A stretch of 64,000 nucleotides of DNA from Sedimentisphaeraceae bacterium JB056 (GCA_044440125.1 JBITAJ010000027.1:160001-224000), one strand, 5' to 3'; counted from the stretch's first letter, positions 1 to 9,969 are shown. The notes: a model not told the origin generated them from the letters alone. Numbers and translations: made by a program.

Positions 1-2
1 TC

Positions 3-452
3 CATACAAATGATGCTCCAAGTGCTATAAGCAGACTTCTGTATATGGGTCTGGAGCCTTATTTGCTTGCTTCTGCGCTCAATCTTGTTGTTGCACAGAG
101 GCTTATAAGACGAATTTGTGAGAGATGCAAGGTTCCTGCTGAAGTTGATGAAAAGTCATTGAGGCGTCTTAAAATACCCGCTGAAGTAGCTGAAAAATCA
201 ACATTTTACAAAGGTAAGGGCTGTGAGTTCTGCAACGGTACTGGTTACAGAGGTCGTATGCCGATTTTTGAGATGCTTACTTTCGAGAGCGAGATTCGCG
301 ATATGATCGTTGCCAAGGCTACCGAATCAGAGATAAGAAAAGCGTCCCGTGCCAAAGGTTTTGGTGGGCTGATGGAGAGCGGAGTGACAAGAGTTCTCGC
401 AGGTTATACTACTGTTGAAGAAGTTCTTGCCGTTACTTTTACCAATGAGTAA
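3..452 (+). CDS. pilB: PilB/GspE-family pilus assembly ATPase, C-terminal part (5' truncated by window)
   Basis: Frame open from nt 3 (HTNDAPSAISRLLYMGLEPYLLAS); AQRLIRRIC..C and CEFCNGTGYRGR Zn-motifs; TTVEEVL end; followed by pilC. Confidence 0.93.
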   Translation, partial: HTNDAPSAISRLLYMGLEPYLLASALNLVVAQRLIRRICERCKVPAEVDEKSLRRLKIPAEVAEKSTFYKGKGCEFCNGTGYRGRMPIFEMLTFESEIRDMIVAKATESEIRKASRAKGFGGLMESGVTRVLAGYTTVEEVLAVTFTNE

Positions 453-594
453 TTTTATCGAGTTGACAAGGGTTTTGTATTGCGATAAAAGTCTGTGATT
501 TCGGACATTTTAAAAGTGGAAATTTGCTGTTTTAATTTTTCGCTGCAGGTCTGAAAACACTCTAAGTTGAATTTGTTTTTTCAGTAAATTTGTC

Positions 595-645
595 GGTTTT
601 TTTATTATTTTTAGATTTTGCCAATCAAAAAATAATAAAAAAACC
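595..645. repeat. AT-rich inverted repeat, 23-bp arms with 1 mismatch, 5-nt loop
   Basis: GGTTTTTTTATTATTTTTAGATT-ttgcc-AATCAAAAAATAATAAAAAAACC. Confidence 0.85.
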
Positions 646-764
646 ACAAAAATCCTAAAAAAATTCAAAAACAAAAATGCTGTTTTTTAGACTAATAATG
701 GATATTTAAGGGGTCAAATTCGACAAAAGTGCTATACTTTTTAGTATTAGTGCTATTTTTTCTC

Positions 765-793
765 TTGACCTTAAGTTCGTGATTTGCTATTAT
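765..793 (+). promoter_or_regulatory. Putative sigma70 promoter of the pilC operon
   Basis: TTGACC (765-770), 17 bp spacer, TGc-TATTAT (788-793) extended -10. Confidence 0.6.
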
Positions 794-873
794 TCATTTC
801 AGATTGATCGTTGAAGGATTTATTGCTCTATCGTGGTTGAAGTTGAGAAGTAAAGAGGACGTGAAATCGAAGT

Positions 874-983
874 TGGTGTAATGTTTTGGTGTTGCGGCAT
901 ATCCTCAAGGGATTAGTTGCAGCATGTCAGTGAAGTATCGGATTCCTGATATTTCTGATGCACACCATTTACATTTATTACCA
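874..983 (+). ncRNA. Candidate structured leader RNA (three-way junction) upstream of pilC
   Basis: TGGTGT 887-892/ACACCA 962-967 encloses two abutting hairpins (893-921; 922-961 including GAAGTATCGG/CTGATATTTC); outer AATGT/ACATT and TGGTG/TACCA pairs. Confidence 0.4.
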
Positions 984-1025
984 AAAAATAATTGTTAGTG
1001 TATTTATGTTTAGGTAAAACTGGCG

Positions 1026-2237
1026 TTGAAAACATTCAGGTACATATTACGAGACGAAAGCGGCAAGCAGTACACCGGCACATATGATGCCGTGAGCCAT
1101 AGCGAAGTAATCGTGTGGGCGCGTTGCCAGGGTCGAATACCTGTACTTATCGAAGAACTCGATAAGATAAAACGCAGAGCATCTAAAAAGAAAAGATCAA
1201 GACGCCATAAGGTGTCCCTCGATGAAATGTCGGCATTTTGCTGGCAGATCAGTACGATGATGGACGGCGGCGTTTCGATAACTGAAGCTCTTGAAACAAC
1301 TGCAAATGATATTGAAAATGAATATTTTGGAAATATTCTTAATGCGATATGTCAGGATATTAAGGCTGGAAGCACTTTTTCTGACAGCATAAAGAAGTAT
1401 CCCAAGATATTTAATTCGTTCTTTCACGCAATGACGATGGCTGGTGAGACAAGCGGTAATATACCTTCGGTGTTCATTCGTCTTGCAGAATATTTTGTCA
1501 AGCGTGAAAAGCTCGTTCGTGAAGTTAAGAACGCTCTTTCTTATCCATGTTTTGTAGCGGGTTTTGTTGTTTTGATCGTTATAGCGATGGCAACTCTTAT
1601 TATTCCGCGTTTTAAGGATATGTTTAAGATGTTTAAGAATGATCTTCCTGCTTTCACACAGACATACATGGATTGCTATGACTTTTTAGCAAGAAACTTC
1701 TGGTGGATGGGAATATTGGGAGTGATTATTACTCTTGTACTGATTTATTACTCTAAAACGGTAAATGGTCATAGAAATCTCAGTAAGTTTGTTCTTAAGA
1801 TGCCGGTATTTGGTGATATACTGTTAAATACATTTATCACTACTTTTTGTAATACTACCTCGACTTTATTTATGTCAGGCGTGCCGGTATTGGAAACATT
1901 GGATATCGTAAAAGGCATGACCAGAAACGATATAATAAGGGAATCGATAACCCTTACGCAGAAGCGAATTGAAGAAGGAGAGAATATCTCCAAGGCTATG
2001 GAAGAATCTAACCTTTTTCCTAATATCGTAATAAAAATGACCCAGGTTGGAGAGCAGAGTGGTTCTCTACCGGATGTGTTTGATAATACAAGTGATTATT
2101 TTCAGAGAAAAGTAGAACAGTTGATAACTTCGATGACTAAGATGATAGAGCCGGTAATGATGGTTTGTGTAGGTGCGATAGTACTTGTTACGGTAATCGC
2201 ATTGTATCTTCCGGTTTTCACGATGTCCGATGTTTAA
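1026..2237 (+). CDS. pilC: Type IV pilus inner-membrane platform protein (PilC/GspF family)
   Basis: Two T2SSF repeats (AGETSGNI; VGEQSGSL), ALSYP, IEPVMM, ALYLPVF; TTG start. Confidence 0.93.
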   Translation: MKTFRYILRDESGKQYTGTYDAVSHSEVIVWARCQGRIPVLIEELDKIKRRASKKKRSRRHKVSLDEMSAFCWQISTMMDGGVSITEALETTANDIENEYFGNILNAICQDIKAGSTFSDSIKKYPKIFNSFFHAMTMAGETSGNIPSVFIRLAEYFVKREKLVREVKNALSYPCFVAGFVVLIVIAMATLIIPRFKDMFKMFKNDLPAFTQTYMDCYDFLARNFWWMGILGVIITLVLIYYSKTVNGHRNLSKFVLKMPVFGDILLNTFITTFCNTTSTLFMSGVPVLETLDIVKGMTRNDIIRESITLTQKRIEEGENISKAMEESNLFPNIVIKMTQVGEQSGSLPDVFDNTSDYFQRKVEQLITSMTKMIEPVMMVCVGAIVLVTVIALYLPVFTMSDV

Positions 2238-2385
2238 TAAAGTGTAAAAAGTTGCAAAAATAAGAGTATATAACATTTTGACAGGGAATATGCGCGCAAA
2301 TTTACTGAAAAATGTTTAAGGAATTCAAAATTTATCTATGTGTTGTAGATAAAACAATTGTAGTTTAACGTTTGGAGAAAGAAAA

Positions 2386-2814
2386 ATGAAAGCAAAAGGA
2401 TTTACATTAATCGAACTTATGATCGTAGTTTTGATCGTCGCGATTCTTGCAGCAGTAGCTGTACCTCTTATGAGAGGTCGGGTAGATGCGGCTAAGTGGT
2501 CGGAAGCAAAAGCAGCTATGGGTACAATCGCTACAGCGATACGTGCCTATCATGCAGAAAAAGGTCCTAATGGTACTGCACCTACAACAGCCCTGATGTT
2601 TACTCAAGGCGATGGTGGCCTCGGTTTTGCAGCAGGTGACCTTAACGGTACTTATTTTGTAGATGGTGATTATGCTATTAGCGTAACATCTATGGATCCG
2701 CTTGCCTTTACCATCACAGCGACTCCTTCTACTGCCGACGCTCCTTCAAACCTTGCATCTGTTACTTTGAATAGTTCAGGTACCTGGACTGAAGCAGCAC
2801 CTGCGGCCGGCTGA
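2386..2814 (+). CDS. pilA: Type IV major pilin candidate
   Basis: MKAKG|FTLIELMIVVLIVAILAAVAVP prepilin motif; GGAG RBS; followed by terminator; no Cys. Confidence 0.85.
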   Translation: MKAKGFTLIELMIVVLIVAILAAVAVPLMRGRVDAAKWSEAKAAMGTIATAIRAYHAEKGPNGTAPTTALMFTQGDGGLGFAAGDLNGTYFVDGDYAISVTSMDPLAFTITATPSTADAPSNLASVTLNSSGTWTEAAPAAG

Positions 2815-2920
2815 TAGTCTTAATGACGCACCAACTAACCTGTCAGCTATTTTCTAATACCGGGTGTTCACCCAATATAGATACAGCGGCAGCTGATATG
2901 ATGACAGGTAGTTTTCAACT

Positions 2921-2960
2921 GGGAGGGGGAATGCCGCGGTGGTATTCTCCCTTTCTTTTT
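2921..2960 (+). terminator. Intrinsic terminator between major and minor pilins
   Basis: GGGGAATGCC-gcggt-GGTATTCTCC stem then CTTTCTTTTT. Confidence 0.7.
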
Positions 2961-2998
2961 GGCGGCCGAGCATTACAAGCTGAGATTATTGTTTAGAT

Positions 2999-3505
2999 TT
3001 GTCGGTATCAATCATGAGAAGAGCAGCTTCAAGATCTGGTGGTTTTGCGATGGTAGAGGTCGCTATAGCAGTAATGGTATTGCTTGTTATAATAGCCGGT
3101 ACTCTTGAATTCAATAAATATTCTGTTCTTGATGTTTACCGATCCCGAACCAAAACTGATGCCTGTATGCTGGGTACGATGCTCATGGAAGCATGGCGTG
3201 GACAGGGCGGTACGACAGACTTCGATCCTGTAAATAATTTGTCAGCGGCCATACTTGATTGCGAAGATATTGCTATAGGATATGCTTGGGTAGGACCCAG
3301 TATTCCACCGGGTTTCTATCATTCATGGAAGACCTTTCCTTATTATGTAATACTTGCCAATAATGTTGTTTACCGGATATCATTCTCTTTTGACTATATT
3401 GACGGAAGAAAATTTCTTAACGTGAGAGTTGGATGGCCCGACAGCCTTGACAAGACTTATTGGCAATCAAATAACTATGTTGGAATAACAGAAAGTCTGA
3501 ATTAG
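2999..3505 (+). CDS. Minor pilin (PilV-like)
   Basis: SGG|FAMVEVAIAVMVLLVII prepilin motif with E5; ATG at 3014 is an alternative start. Confidence 0.75.
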   Translation: MSVSIMRRAASRSGGFAMVEVAIAVMVLLVIIAGTLEFNKYSVLDVYRSRTKTDACMLGTMLMEAWRGQGGTTDFDPVNNLSAAILDCEDIAIGYAWVGPSIPPGFYHSWKTFPYYVILANNVVYRISFSFDYIDGRKFLNVRVGWPDSLDKTYWQSNNYVGITESLN

Positions 3506-3547
3506 TATCTGTCATATATCAAAAGTGATGCGGAAGAGGGATCTTTT

Positions 3548-4063
3548 ATGAAAAGAGCGAAAAAAGGATTTACTTTGATAGAGATGGTTACCTCTTTGAT
3601 GGTCATTTCTGTTATAGTTCTTGCTCTTGGGAATTTAGTAAGAGATTCTCATCGGTTATGGGGCGATATGTATGAGACGGCCTTTGGCCAAAGCTCGCAA
3701 GACATTATAGTTACTCAAAGAGCATTTAACAAGATTTGTAGAAAATCAAGTTTGAGAGATATCTTTTTAGGTGCTGATAAAGATGCCATGCGTCTTTATT
3801 ATTTTTCTGATCCTTCTAATCCAAGTTATTGGCCGGATCGTTATGCCTTGTTCTACCTTGACGGTACTGATTTTAAAGTTGAAGATGGCACTTTATATTT
3901 TGGCACTTTGATCAAAGAGCAGGCACTGCATACGAGGACTTTATGCAGTAACGTTGAGTATTTACAATTTTCGATACAAGGTCTTTCTGTTCAGGTTTGT
4001 CTTACATTGAATGATAATGGCAGTGATAAAACATTTGCCTGGGCGGCAGTCAGGCATAATTGA
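3548..4063 (+). CDS. Minor pilin (PilW/PulJ-like)
   Basis: KKG|FTLIEMVTSLMVISVIVL prepilin motif. Confidence 0.8.
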   Translation: MKRAKKGFTLIEMVTSLMVISVIVLALGNLVRDSHRLWGDMYETAFGQSSQDIIVTQRAFNKICRKSSLRDIFLGADKDAMRLYYFSDPSNPSYWPDRYALFYLDGTDFKVEDGTLYFGTLIKEQALHTRTLCSNVEYLQFSIQGLSVQVCLTLNDNGSDKTFAWAAVRHN

Positions 4064-5301
4064 GATTTCAAATGACTGTAAGAAAACGAAATAAAGGTTC
4101 GATAATGGCTCTGGTCTGTACAATAGTACTTGTTCTGAGCATCACAGGCTTGAGTATGCTTAAGATCATTCGGGCAGTACGAATCCGTTCTTCAAAGCTC
4201 ATCGCTGAAATGTCGGCGCAAAATGCTGCCGATACAGGTATTGATCTTGGAATTGAATATGTTTATGACCTTTGGACAGCAAGTGCTCCTGATCTTATAG
4301 ATATTGATTATACTTCTCCGCTTAAAACTCTAATGGGGACCAGAAATGTTTCAAAGTATTATTATACTGTCGATCTTTGTGACGATTATCCTGGTTATGA
4401 GATTACTTCTTATGCGACATCGGGTTCTGTAACGAAAGTGGTTCATTTTCGGATGCTTATCCAGCACCCTTGGGTGGGTATTGCAGCTAAAGACAGCATA
4501 AATATAAATGTAGGAACCGGTATTGAACTTCAGCCTGCGGATTATCCCGATTTCAACCTTGTTACAAATCAAATATATCCGAGTGCTATAGTCCTTCGAA
4601 ATGGTGTTTATATTCCCGGTGATGTTATTGTAGGCCCCGGTGGTGATACAGACACAGTGATAGATACCAAGCAGGATGCCTATATTACCGGTGAAACATG
4701 GTCCATGCTTGAGGATGTAGTTTATCCTGATGTTTCGCTTCCTTCATTGGGATATGCGACATTAGGAACAGACCCTAATGATCCGGGTGCTATGATAATG
4801 GATACCAGTGGAATTTACGGTTCCATAACTATTGATACAGGTGAGACTCTTAAGGTTGTCGGTGATGTAGTCGCAGTACTTGAAGGCCCTTTTACCGCGA
4901 ATAATTCCGGTTCTTTTCTGGTGACAGCCGGTTCTACTCTTAGAATGTATCTTCTTGACAATCTTGAAATGAAATATGGCTCAGTCTTTTACAACGAAAA
5001 TTTTGGAGCCTCTCCTACTTATGAGGATATACGTGATGCTACAAAATCTGTAAAAATATATGGTGCTCCTACCTGTACTTCAATAATATTCAAGAATTCC
5101 AGTATCATGGCAGCGGCAGTATATGCACCTTATGCTGATGTCAGCATGTATAATGATTCAGATTTTTACGGTGCGATTATGGGTGAGGATGTTGAAATAA
5201 AAAATGCCGGTAACTTTATTTTTGTGTTTGGTCTATATGATGATGAGGATCGTTTTATATCAAACCTGAAAACACAAAGAGGAAGCTGGTGGGAAGAGTA
5301 A
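4060..5301 (+). CDS. Large minor pilin (PilX/GspK-like) with C-terminal beta-rich domain
   Basis: NKG|SIMALV hydrophobic helix lacking E5; A..AADTGI motif; C-terminal AVYAPYADV...FYGAI beta-strands. Confidence 0.7.
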   Translation: MRFQMTVRKRNKGSIMALVCTIVLVLSITGLSMLKIIRAVRIRSSKLIAEMSAQNAADTGIDLGIEYVYDLWTASAPDLIDIDYTSPLKTLMGTRNVSKYYYTVDLCDDYPGYEITSYATSGSVTKVVHFRMLIQHPWVGIAAKDSININVGTGIELQPADYPDFNLVTNQIYPSAIVLRNGVYIPGDVIVGPGGDTDTVIDTKQDAYITGETWSMLEDVVYPDVSLPSLGYATLGTDPNDPGAMIMDTSGIYGSITIDTGETLKVVGDVVAVLEGPFTANNSGSFLVTAGSTLRMYLLDNLEMKYGSVFYNENFGASPTYEDIRDATKSVKIYGAPTCTSIIFKNSSIMAAAVYAPYADVSMYNDSDFYGAIMGEDVEIKNAGNFIFVFGLYDDEDRFISNLKTQRGSWWEE

Positions 5302-5468
5302 TTGAATTGTTTTAGAACGAAAAGCAGGGGTTTGAAATTCGTTTCTAATTTTAATGATTGATTTTGAATTGGCGTTTCCGACAAAAGTCTATCAATACAT
5401 CCCTGCTTGGTGTGGCCTTTTTAAGCTGTTGTCGGTGGCATCAGAATTAAAATTCTAATGGATCTGCT

Positions 5469-6527
5469 ATGTTTTTCATAAAGAAAAAGAAAAAAGTGTC
5501 AGGCATTCATGTCGGAGCTGATACAGTTCGTGTTGTTCAGCTCGTTCATGGTGAAGGGGAAGGCTATAAGGCCGGTTGTGCGGCACTGTCTCCTGTACAG
5601 GGATATTTTGACGCTGTAGAGAGAGTCAGAAATACCGTTCAGGCTATCGGAACCTGCAAAAGCAGCGTTGGCCGCAGAATTGATAAGTCCAATTTTAATA
5701 TAAGTTGTCTAAGTTGGCCTGATATAATGGTTACAACCTTTAATCTGCCTGAAATGGGACAGGATGAATTTGAACAGACGCTGCTTTACGAGATAGAGCA
5801 GGTTTGTCCTTTTGAGATAACAACCTCGGTCGTAGACTATCAAATCATAGAAGACGAAAATGGTGAACATATAGTTGAAGATGGTAAATGCGGATGTGTT
5901 GCTGCCGTTTCTCCTCAGCATATAATTCAGGAACATTTTGCGATTTTACGAAAAGCAGGCCTGAAATATACAATAGTAGACGCTGACTGTATGGCGCTCC
6001 TTAATTGTTATGAATCCATGGGTAAAGATTCCGACATTGCGTTGCTTAATATCGATATGTCACATACGATCGTTGCCATACCGGATGAAAAGGCTGTTCC
6101 ATTCGTAAGGAATATTGACTACGGCGGTAAGAATGTCATTAACAGTGTTGTTCGTGCTAAGGGTATCCGAAAAGAAGATTTTGCCGGTACATTGAGAAGC
6201 GACAGCGCCAACTTGTCAAACGATTTGCTTGATGTCCTCAATAAATCCTGTGATAATCTTACAAAGAGTATAACCAGAACGCTTCAGTTTTGTATAGCTG
6301 AAAAACAAAACTGCGACATCAAGGAAATACTGCTTACCGGAGAGTTGTCGTTGATGCCTATTATTGTTGAAATACTAAACCAGCAGCTTGATTGGCCAGT
6401 GCGAGTATGGAATCCTTTCGAAGAAATTGATACAGCTAATATAATCGGTCAGGATCTTCTTGAAAAGACAGGTTCTGCCTTTGCCATAGCTGCCGGACTT
6501 GCAGTAAGGGAGCCTGAATATGTATAA
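5469..6527 (+). CDS. pilM: PilM-like actin-fold pilus alignment protein
   Basis: GIHVG, LLNID, VRNIDYGG, ILLTGE, VWNPF, FAIAAGLAVR motifs; gene order. Confidence 0.8.
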   Translation: MFFIKKKKKVSGIHVGADTVRVVQLVHGEGEGYKAGCAALSPVQGYFDAVERVRNTVQAIGTCKSSVGRRIDKSNFNISCLSWPDIMVTTFNLPEMGQDEFEQTLLYEIEQVCPFEITTSVVDYQIIEDENGEHIVEDGKCGCVAAVSPQHIIQEHFAILRKAGLKYTIVDADCMALLNCYESMGKDSDIALLNIDMSHTIVAIPDEKAVPFVRNIDYGGKNVINSVVRAKGIRKEDFAGTLRSDSANLSNDLLDVLNKSCDNLTKSITRTLQFCIAEKQNCDIKEILLTGELSLMPIIVEILNQQLDWPVRVWNPFEEIDTANIIGQDLLEKTGSAFAIAAGLAVREPEYV

Positions 6528-7188
6528 TTTGGATCTTCTGAAAACCAATGGAATCCCAAAGAAGGGATCGCCTTTTCTAACATTCGTAACAACTACGGCA
6601 GTTTTCATACCCATACTGTTTTGTTTTATGATTGGTGCTGAATATATGTCGAATCAGGTACAGATCAGATTTAATTTTGAAATGCTTGACAAGATAAAGC
6701 AGAAGCTTGAAACTGTGCCGTACGATCAAAGGCTTGACAACAGGCTTAAGCAGGAATTGGGTGTTGGATTAAGTACTATTTCAGAAATAAAGCAAAGTGT
6801 TGACAGAACCATACAGTGGACATCAATCCTTACAGAGATAACTGATTCTCTGCCTGAAAATCTTGCGATAGCTGAAGTTGATGTTAAACGTGCTATAGAC
6901 AGGCTCAGGGTACCTGATCCCAAGAGTGAGGTCAATAGAAAGATGGAAGTTGAAGTTATCACCAGGACACTTAAGATGACGGTATTTAATCTCAAGCCGG
7001 ACAGAACAAATAATGATGCTCAAAGTTATATCAAAACTCTTAATGATTCAGAACTTTTGAAGGAAAAAATGGAGAGCGCCAAGATAGCAATGATAAAAGT
7101 GGAAGAGTTTGGTGATCAGATGCTTCCATGTTACTTTATAGAATGTGTCTTCAAGAGTGGTTATAAAGCGCCGGAGGAGACGAAATGA
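6520..7188 (+). CDS. pilN: PilN-like protein
   Basis: N-terminal YNLDLLK (variant of INLL), one TM, coiled coil, WTSILTEITDSLPEN; overlaps pilM stop. Confidence 0.7.
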   Translation: MYNLDLLKTNGIPKKGSPFLTFVTTTAVFIPILFCFMIGAEYMSNQVQIRFNFEMLDKIKQKLETVPYDQRLDNRLKQELGVGLSTISEIKQSVDRTIQWTSILTEITDSLPENLAIAEVDVKRAIDRLRVPDPKSEVNRKMEVEVITRTLKMTVFNLKPDRTNNDAQSYIKTLNDSELLKEKMESAKIAMIKVEEFGDQMLPCYFIECVFKSGYKAPEETK

Positions 7189-7751
7189 AAGATAAACTGA
7201 GAAAATTTCTGACAGTCATCCTTATTGTATGGATTATTGCATTGGTCGGTATAGGGTCCTTTTATTACTTCGTGATAATGCCTCAGGAAAATAAACTTGA
7301 TGGATTATCCTCAAAGGTTGAATATGAGATAGAGACAAATCTTGTAGCATCTCACGCAAAAGAAAAGCGGGCTATGGAGCTAATGGCGGCCAAGGATCTG
7401 CAGGCGAAGGATTTGCTTAGAAGATTTCTTGTAGACAGGGCTAATGTTAATAATTTTGTGTTTGATTTTCAGAAGCTTGCCGATGAATGCGGTATAGATG
7501 ATTTCACTGGTTCCCATGATCCTTCAAACTCTTATTACAATATATCAGGGTTAAAGGAGATACAAGAGGGTACGATGAGGATTAATTTCAGCGGCGATTA
7601 TGTTCAGTTCATAAAATTGCTCAATAGCCTTGAAAGATATAAGCCGGTAATATTTATAGATCGTTTTAATATTACAAGAACGAGAAGAATAGAGGGGACT
7701 AACACTGTAAATATCGGCTTGACGTTCTTTGTTACGAAAGAATCAGATTGA
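7185..7751 (+). CDS. pilO: PilO-like protein
   Basis: N-terminal TM, coiled coil, FSGDYVQFIKLLNSLE motif; ATGA overlap. Confidence 0.7.
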   Translation: MKDKLRKFLTVILIVWIIALVGIGSFYYFVIMPQENKLDGLSSKVEYEIETNLVASHAKEKRAMELMAAKDLQAKDLLRRFLVDRANVNNFVFDFQKLADECGIDDFTGSHDPSNSYYNISGLKEIQEGTMRINFSGDYVQFIKLLNSLERYKPVIFIDRFNITRTRRIEGTNTVNIGLTFFVTKESD

Positions 7752-8422
7752 GAGGTAATGTTATGTTCAAAATGAAAAAAAACAGCAAGTATGACATAAA
7801 CGGTTTTGCTAATAAAAAAGTCGCTGACAAGCGAAGCGTTTTCGACTCGGATTTTATTGGTCGTGAAGGTAAGCTGAGCCCAAGGACGGTTAAGGAGATC
7901 GTAATGGCGGCCAGTCTGGTAGGTATTCTTGGAGTTATTTTCTACTTTAATTTTTATCAGAATAAATCGAAAGTCAAATCAGAAGAAGAGTTGACTTTGG
8001 CTGATCCGGCGGTTCTGGAGACAATAAATTTTGATACATCATGGAGTATGCCCGAGAAAATATCAGATGAACAGGAAAATCCTATGCTTGATATTAACAA
8101 GCTTCTTGAGTATCAAAGAAAATATGCAAATGAAATAGAAAAATTGAACCCTACCTTCTTGGAAGAGGTTGAAAAGGAACCGCAAGTTTCGTTTAAGAAA
8201 ATCAAGATATCTGTTAAAGGTATATTGTGGAACCCTGACGGAGATTCTTCTGCTCTTATTGACAGGGAAATGCTGAAAGTCAACCAAAAATATAAAGGTT
8301 ACACTGTCTCAAAAGTCTTAAGACAGTCTGTGATCCTTTCGGATAATGATGGTAATCTGATCAAACTTAATGTTGGTGAAGATAAGGAAATTATAGCAAC
8401 TGAAATTGTCGAGATGAATTAA
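7748..8422 (+). CDS. Membrane-anchored PilP/GspC-HR-like protein
   Basis: Single TM; VKGILW..SALID..LKV..GYTVSKV..SVIL beta-domain; lies between pilO and secretin; ATG 7763 alternative start. Confidence 0.55.
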   Translation: MRGNVMFKMKKNSKYDINGFANKKVADKRSVFDSDFIGREGKLSPRTVKEIVMAASLVGILGVIFYFNFYQNKSKVKSEEELTLADPAVLETINFDTSWSMPEKISDEQENPMLDINKLLEYQRKYANEIEKLNPTFLEEVEKEPQVSFKKIKISVKGILWNPDGDSSALIDREMLKVNQKYKGYTVSKVLRQSVILSDNDGNLIKLNVGEDKEIIATEIVEMN

Positions 8423-9954
8423 TGGAAAAGAAAAGCACATTTGAGTCGGTTAAAACTGTTAAAGTTTTAAGTTATGTATTTATTATCTGTCTTTTTTCAG
8501 TCAGCTCTCTGATTGCTGGCTACGGTACTACAATTGGAGGTGAGAGTGAAGAATCTCTGCAGAATATTTCTCCAATTGAGAAGAAGCTGGAGAAGAAGAT
8601 CACTGTTGATTTTCTTGAAACACCTATAGAGGATGTTTTGAGAATGGTTGCTCAAACTGCTGAGATAGATATCGTAAAAAGCCCCAGAGTAACAGGTATG
8701 GTTACCGCTACATTGAATGATGTGCCGGTAGGTGAGGTTCTTGACAATATTCTCGCAGTGCAGGGATGTGGTTATGTTAAAACCGAAAACATGATAAGGG
8801 TTGTTCCTCAATCAGAGCTTAATAATCTGAACGAGAAAGTAGTGAGCAAGGTGTACAGGATCACTTATGCTGATTCTGATAATGTAGCCAAGGCCTTGAG
8901 TAAATTTATATCTTCGCAGGGAAGTCTTTCTGTTAACCCGGGCACAAGTAATATCGTGGTTACAGATACTGAAAGCAAGATAAAGGCTATAGATGAGTTT
9001 ATTGATGAGGTTGACAGGGTTACAGAACAGGTTGTCGTTGAAGTAAGGGTTTACGATGTAAGCGGCGATGATTCGCTCAATCTTGATATTGACTGGAACA
9101 TGGGGCGTGTCTCAGAAAACAGTTATGGAGAACGCGTTGCTCAGACAACAGGCAATGGTATTCAGTATAGCGAGGACACTGCTAATGATGAAGTCCCTGA
9201 GGGACCTGTTAAGCAGAATTCTACTAAAAGGACAGATCCGTTTGTGGCAGGTTCTTTTGACAACGATAACGGCGGAAGTGTTAGAATAGGCTTTTTGAAT
9301 GATTCAATAAGTATTGATCTTATGCTTTCTGCTCTTCGTTCACAGGGTTATGCAAAGCTTCTTGCAAATCCAAGTATACTTGTATTGGATAATGAGACTG
9401 CTGATTTCGAGATAATCAAAGAAATCCCTTATAAAGAGGAAAGCGATACATCTCAGGGCGGCAGGCTTACATCAACAAAATTTAAGGAAGTTGGTGTTAA
9501 ACTTCAGGTAACACCTCATATCACACGTGATGAGATGCTCAGAATGCATATAATGCCGGAGTTTGGACTTGTTGAAGATATCAATGCAGAGGGAGCACCA
9601 ACTGTTAATACACGTCGTATTGATACCATAGCACTGCTCAAGAACGGTCAGACTGTTGTTCTTGGCGGACTCAAACAGCTCGAAAGGTCCAAGGATTATT
9701 GGAAAACACCTATATTTGGCGATTTGCCATTGATTGCTCCTCTGTTTAGATCGGAGACTGAGACGGTTAAGGAATCTGAATTGCTTGTATTCATCAAGCC
9801 TATGATTATCAAAGATACACCTGCAATGTCAGAATTTCAGGAAGATGTTTTGACGCGTACTCAGGTTAATGCTCCTTATTATCCCGGAAAGAGCAGGATA
9901 AGGAATGAAGATGGAAGCGTTTATGAGTCAGGCGTATTGGAAGAAGACGAGTAG
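8422..9954 (+). CDS. pilQ: Secretin (PilQ/GspD family)
   Basis: N0/N3 domains, LLANPSILVLDNETA, FKEVGVKLQVTPHI, TPIFGDLPLIAPLFRS, ELLVFIKP. Confidence 0.92.
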   Translation: MEKKSTFESVKTVKVLSYVFIICLFSVSSLIAGYGTTIGGESEESLQNISPIEKKLEKKITVDFLETPIEDVLRMVAQTAEIDIVKSPRVTGMVTATLNDVPVGEVLDNILAVQGCGYVKTENMIRVVPQSELNNLNEKVVSKVYRITYADSDNVAKALSKFISSQGSLSVNPGTSNIVVTDTESKIKAIDEFIDEVDRVTEQVVVEVRVYDVSGDDSLNLDIDWNMGRVSENSYGERVAQTTGNGIQYSEDTANDEVPEGPVKQNSTKRTDPFVAGSFDNDNGGSVRIGFLNDSISIDLMLSALRSQGYAKLLANPSILVLDNETADFEIIKEIPYKEESDTSQGGRLTSTKFKEVGVKLQVTPHITRDEMLRMHIMPEFGLVEDINAEGAPTVNTRRIDTIALLKNGQTVVLGGLKQLERSKDYWKTPIFGDLPLIAPLFRSETETVKESELLVFIKPMIIKDTPAMSEFQEDVLTRTQVNAPYYPGKSRIRNEDGSVYESGVLEEDE

Positions 9955-9969
9955 AGTAAGAGGCTATTA

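Noticed and set aside
2284..2297. GG-N10-GC possible sigma54 promoter before the major pilin
   Set aside because: Lacks TGGCAC/TTGC context; match expected by chance
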